From an uncultured bacterium (GTDB lineage: Bacteria > Omnitrophota > Omnitrophia > Omnitrophales > Aquincolibacteriaceae), in the NCBI GenBank assembly GCA_964524195.1, contig CAZGCC010000001.1, positions 1 to 48,209 on the forward strand: a DNA stretch of 48,209 nucleotides. Reading direction: 5' to 3'. Shown here piece by piece: positions 48,128-48,209 of the stretch (its first letter is position 1; every line of letters starts with the position of its first letter). Below the pieces are notes generated by a model, which did no database searches, was not told where the DNA came from, and saw only the letters and a list, made by a program, of their open reading frames with translations. The translations under genes were made by a program, and so were the position numbers.

Positions 48128-48209
48128 TCCGCGCCTCTATTCGGCGTTCCCATCTCTATTAAAGACAATATTTGTATCGATGGCAGGGAAGTGACCTGCG
48201 CGTCGAAGA
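48116..48209 (+). CDS. Amidase-signature protein fragment (GatA-like), N-terminally short, runs off the window end
   Basis: MPVPSAPLFGVPISIKDNICIDGREVTCASK matches the GatA/amidase block L.G.P...KDNI...G..TTC.SK. An in-frame TAG at 48095-48097 leaves only about 8 codons upstream of the block. Confidence 0.45.
   Translation, partial: MPVPSAPLFGVPISIKDNICIDGREVTCASK

Noticed and set aside
1-48209. CRISPR arrays, tRNA/rRNA genes, transposases, toxin-antitoxin pairs or known defence systems
   Set aside because: I saw no regularly spaced direct repeats, cloverleaf-like or rRNA-like segments, or DDE, integrase or defence-associated motifs in the translations or intergenic regions. Absence is by eye only.

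Overview
A 48.2 kb, gene-dense window (about 52% GC) from a diderm, probably uncultivated bacterium. No rRNA, tRNA, CRISPR array, transposase or integrase was recognised. All homology calls come from reading the supplied translations against remembered family motifs, with no searches run.

The left half (1-22.9 kb) is ordinary housekeeping:
- ychF 3' end, a secreted SNase-like nuclease, cysE, an RNase HI-like gene, a half-size TSUP/TauE protein, pepA, an RsmB-like methyltransferase, trmJ, pyrE, mutY and suhB.
- A TCA block, icd-mdh-hemerythrin-acnA then gltA.
- A GspS-like ATP-grasp protein, DUF2203, DUF4139 and gapN.
- Three paralogous small secreted proteins that resemble the TIGR04073 family are scattered through it.

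The right half (23-48 kb) looks like a phosphate-starvation neighbourhood:
- phoR-phoB on the minus strand.
- A divergent intergenic region with phased TTTACA direct repeats (Pho-box-like).
- An 11.2 kb single ORF followed by two tightly coupled small ORFs.
- A ROK kinase-ppx-ppk1 operon with a coupled secreted protein, two tandem TPR paralogs, ppk2, an outer-membrane porin and pstS.
- The same phased hexamer repeat, at the same offset from a -10-like hexamer, precedes the giant ORF, the ROK-ppx-ppk1 operon and the porin gene.

The standout is the giant ORF (25796-36976). It reads like an in-frame concatenation of normally separate envelope proteins:
- an N-terminal ChaN/Tiki-like domain;
- an internal lipoprotein signal plus a NodT/TolC-like outer-membrane factor;
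- a second internal signal-like segment;
- two HlyD/MFP-like units;
- a polytopic membrane block;
- a degenerate Nudix domain.

A recurring RSE[TVI]R motif sits at the apparent module junctions. This suggests a Pho-controlled polyprotein or tethered trans-envelope machine, which is a hypothesis only.

Two families of conserved intergenic hairpins with compensatory stem changes were also found.
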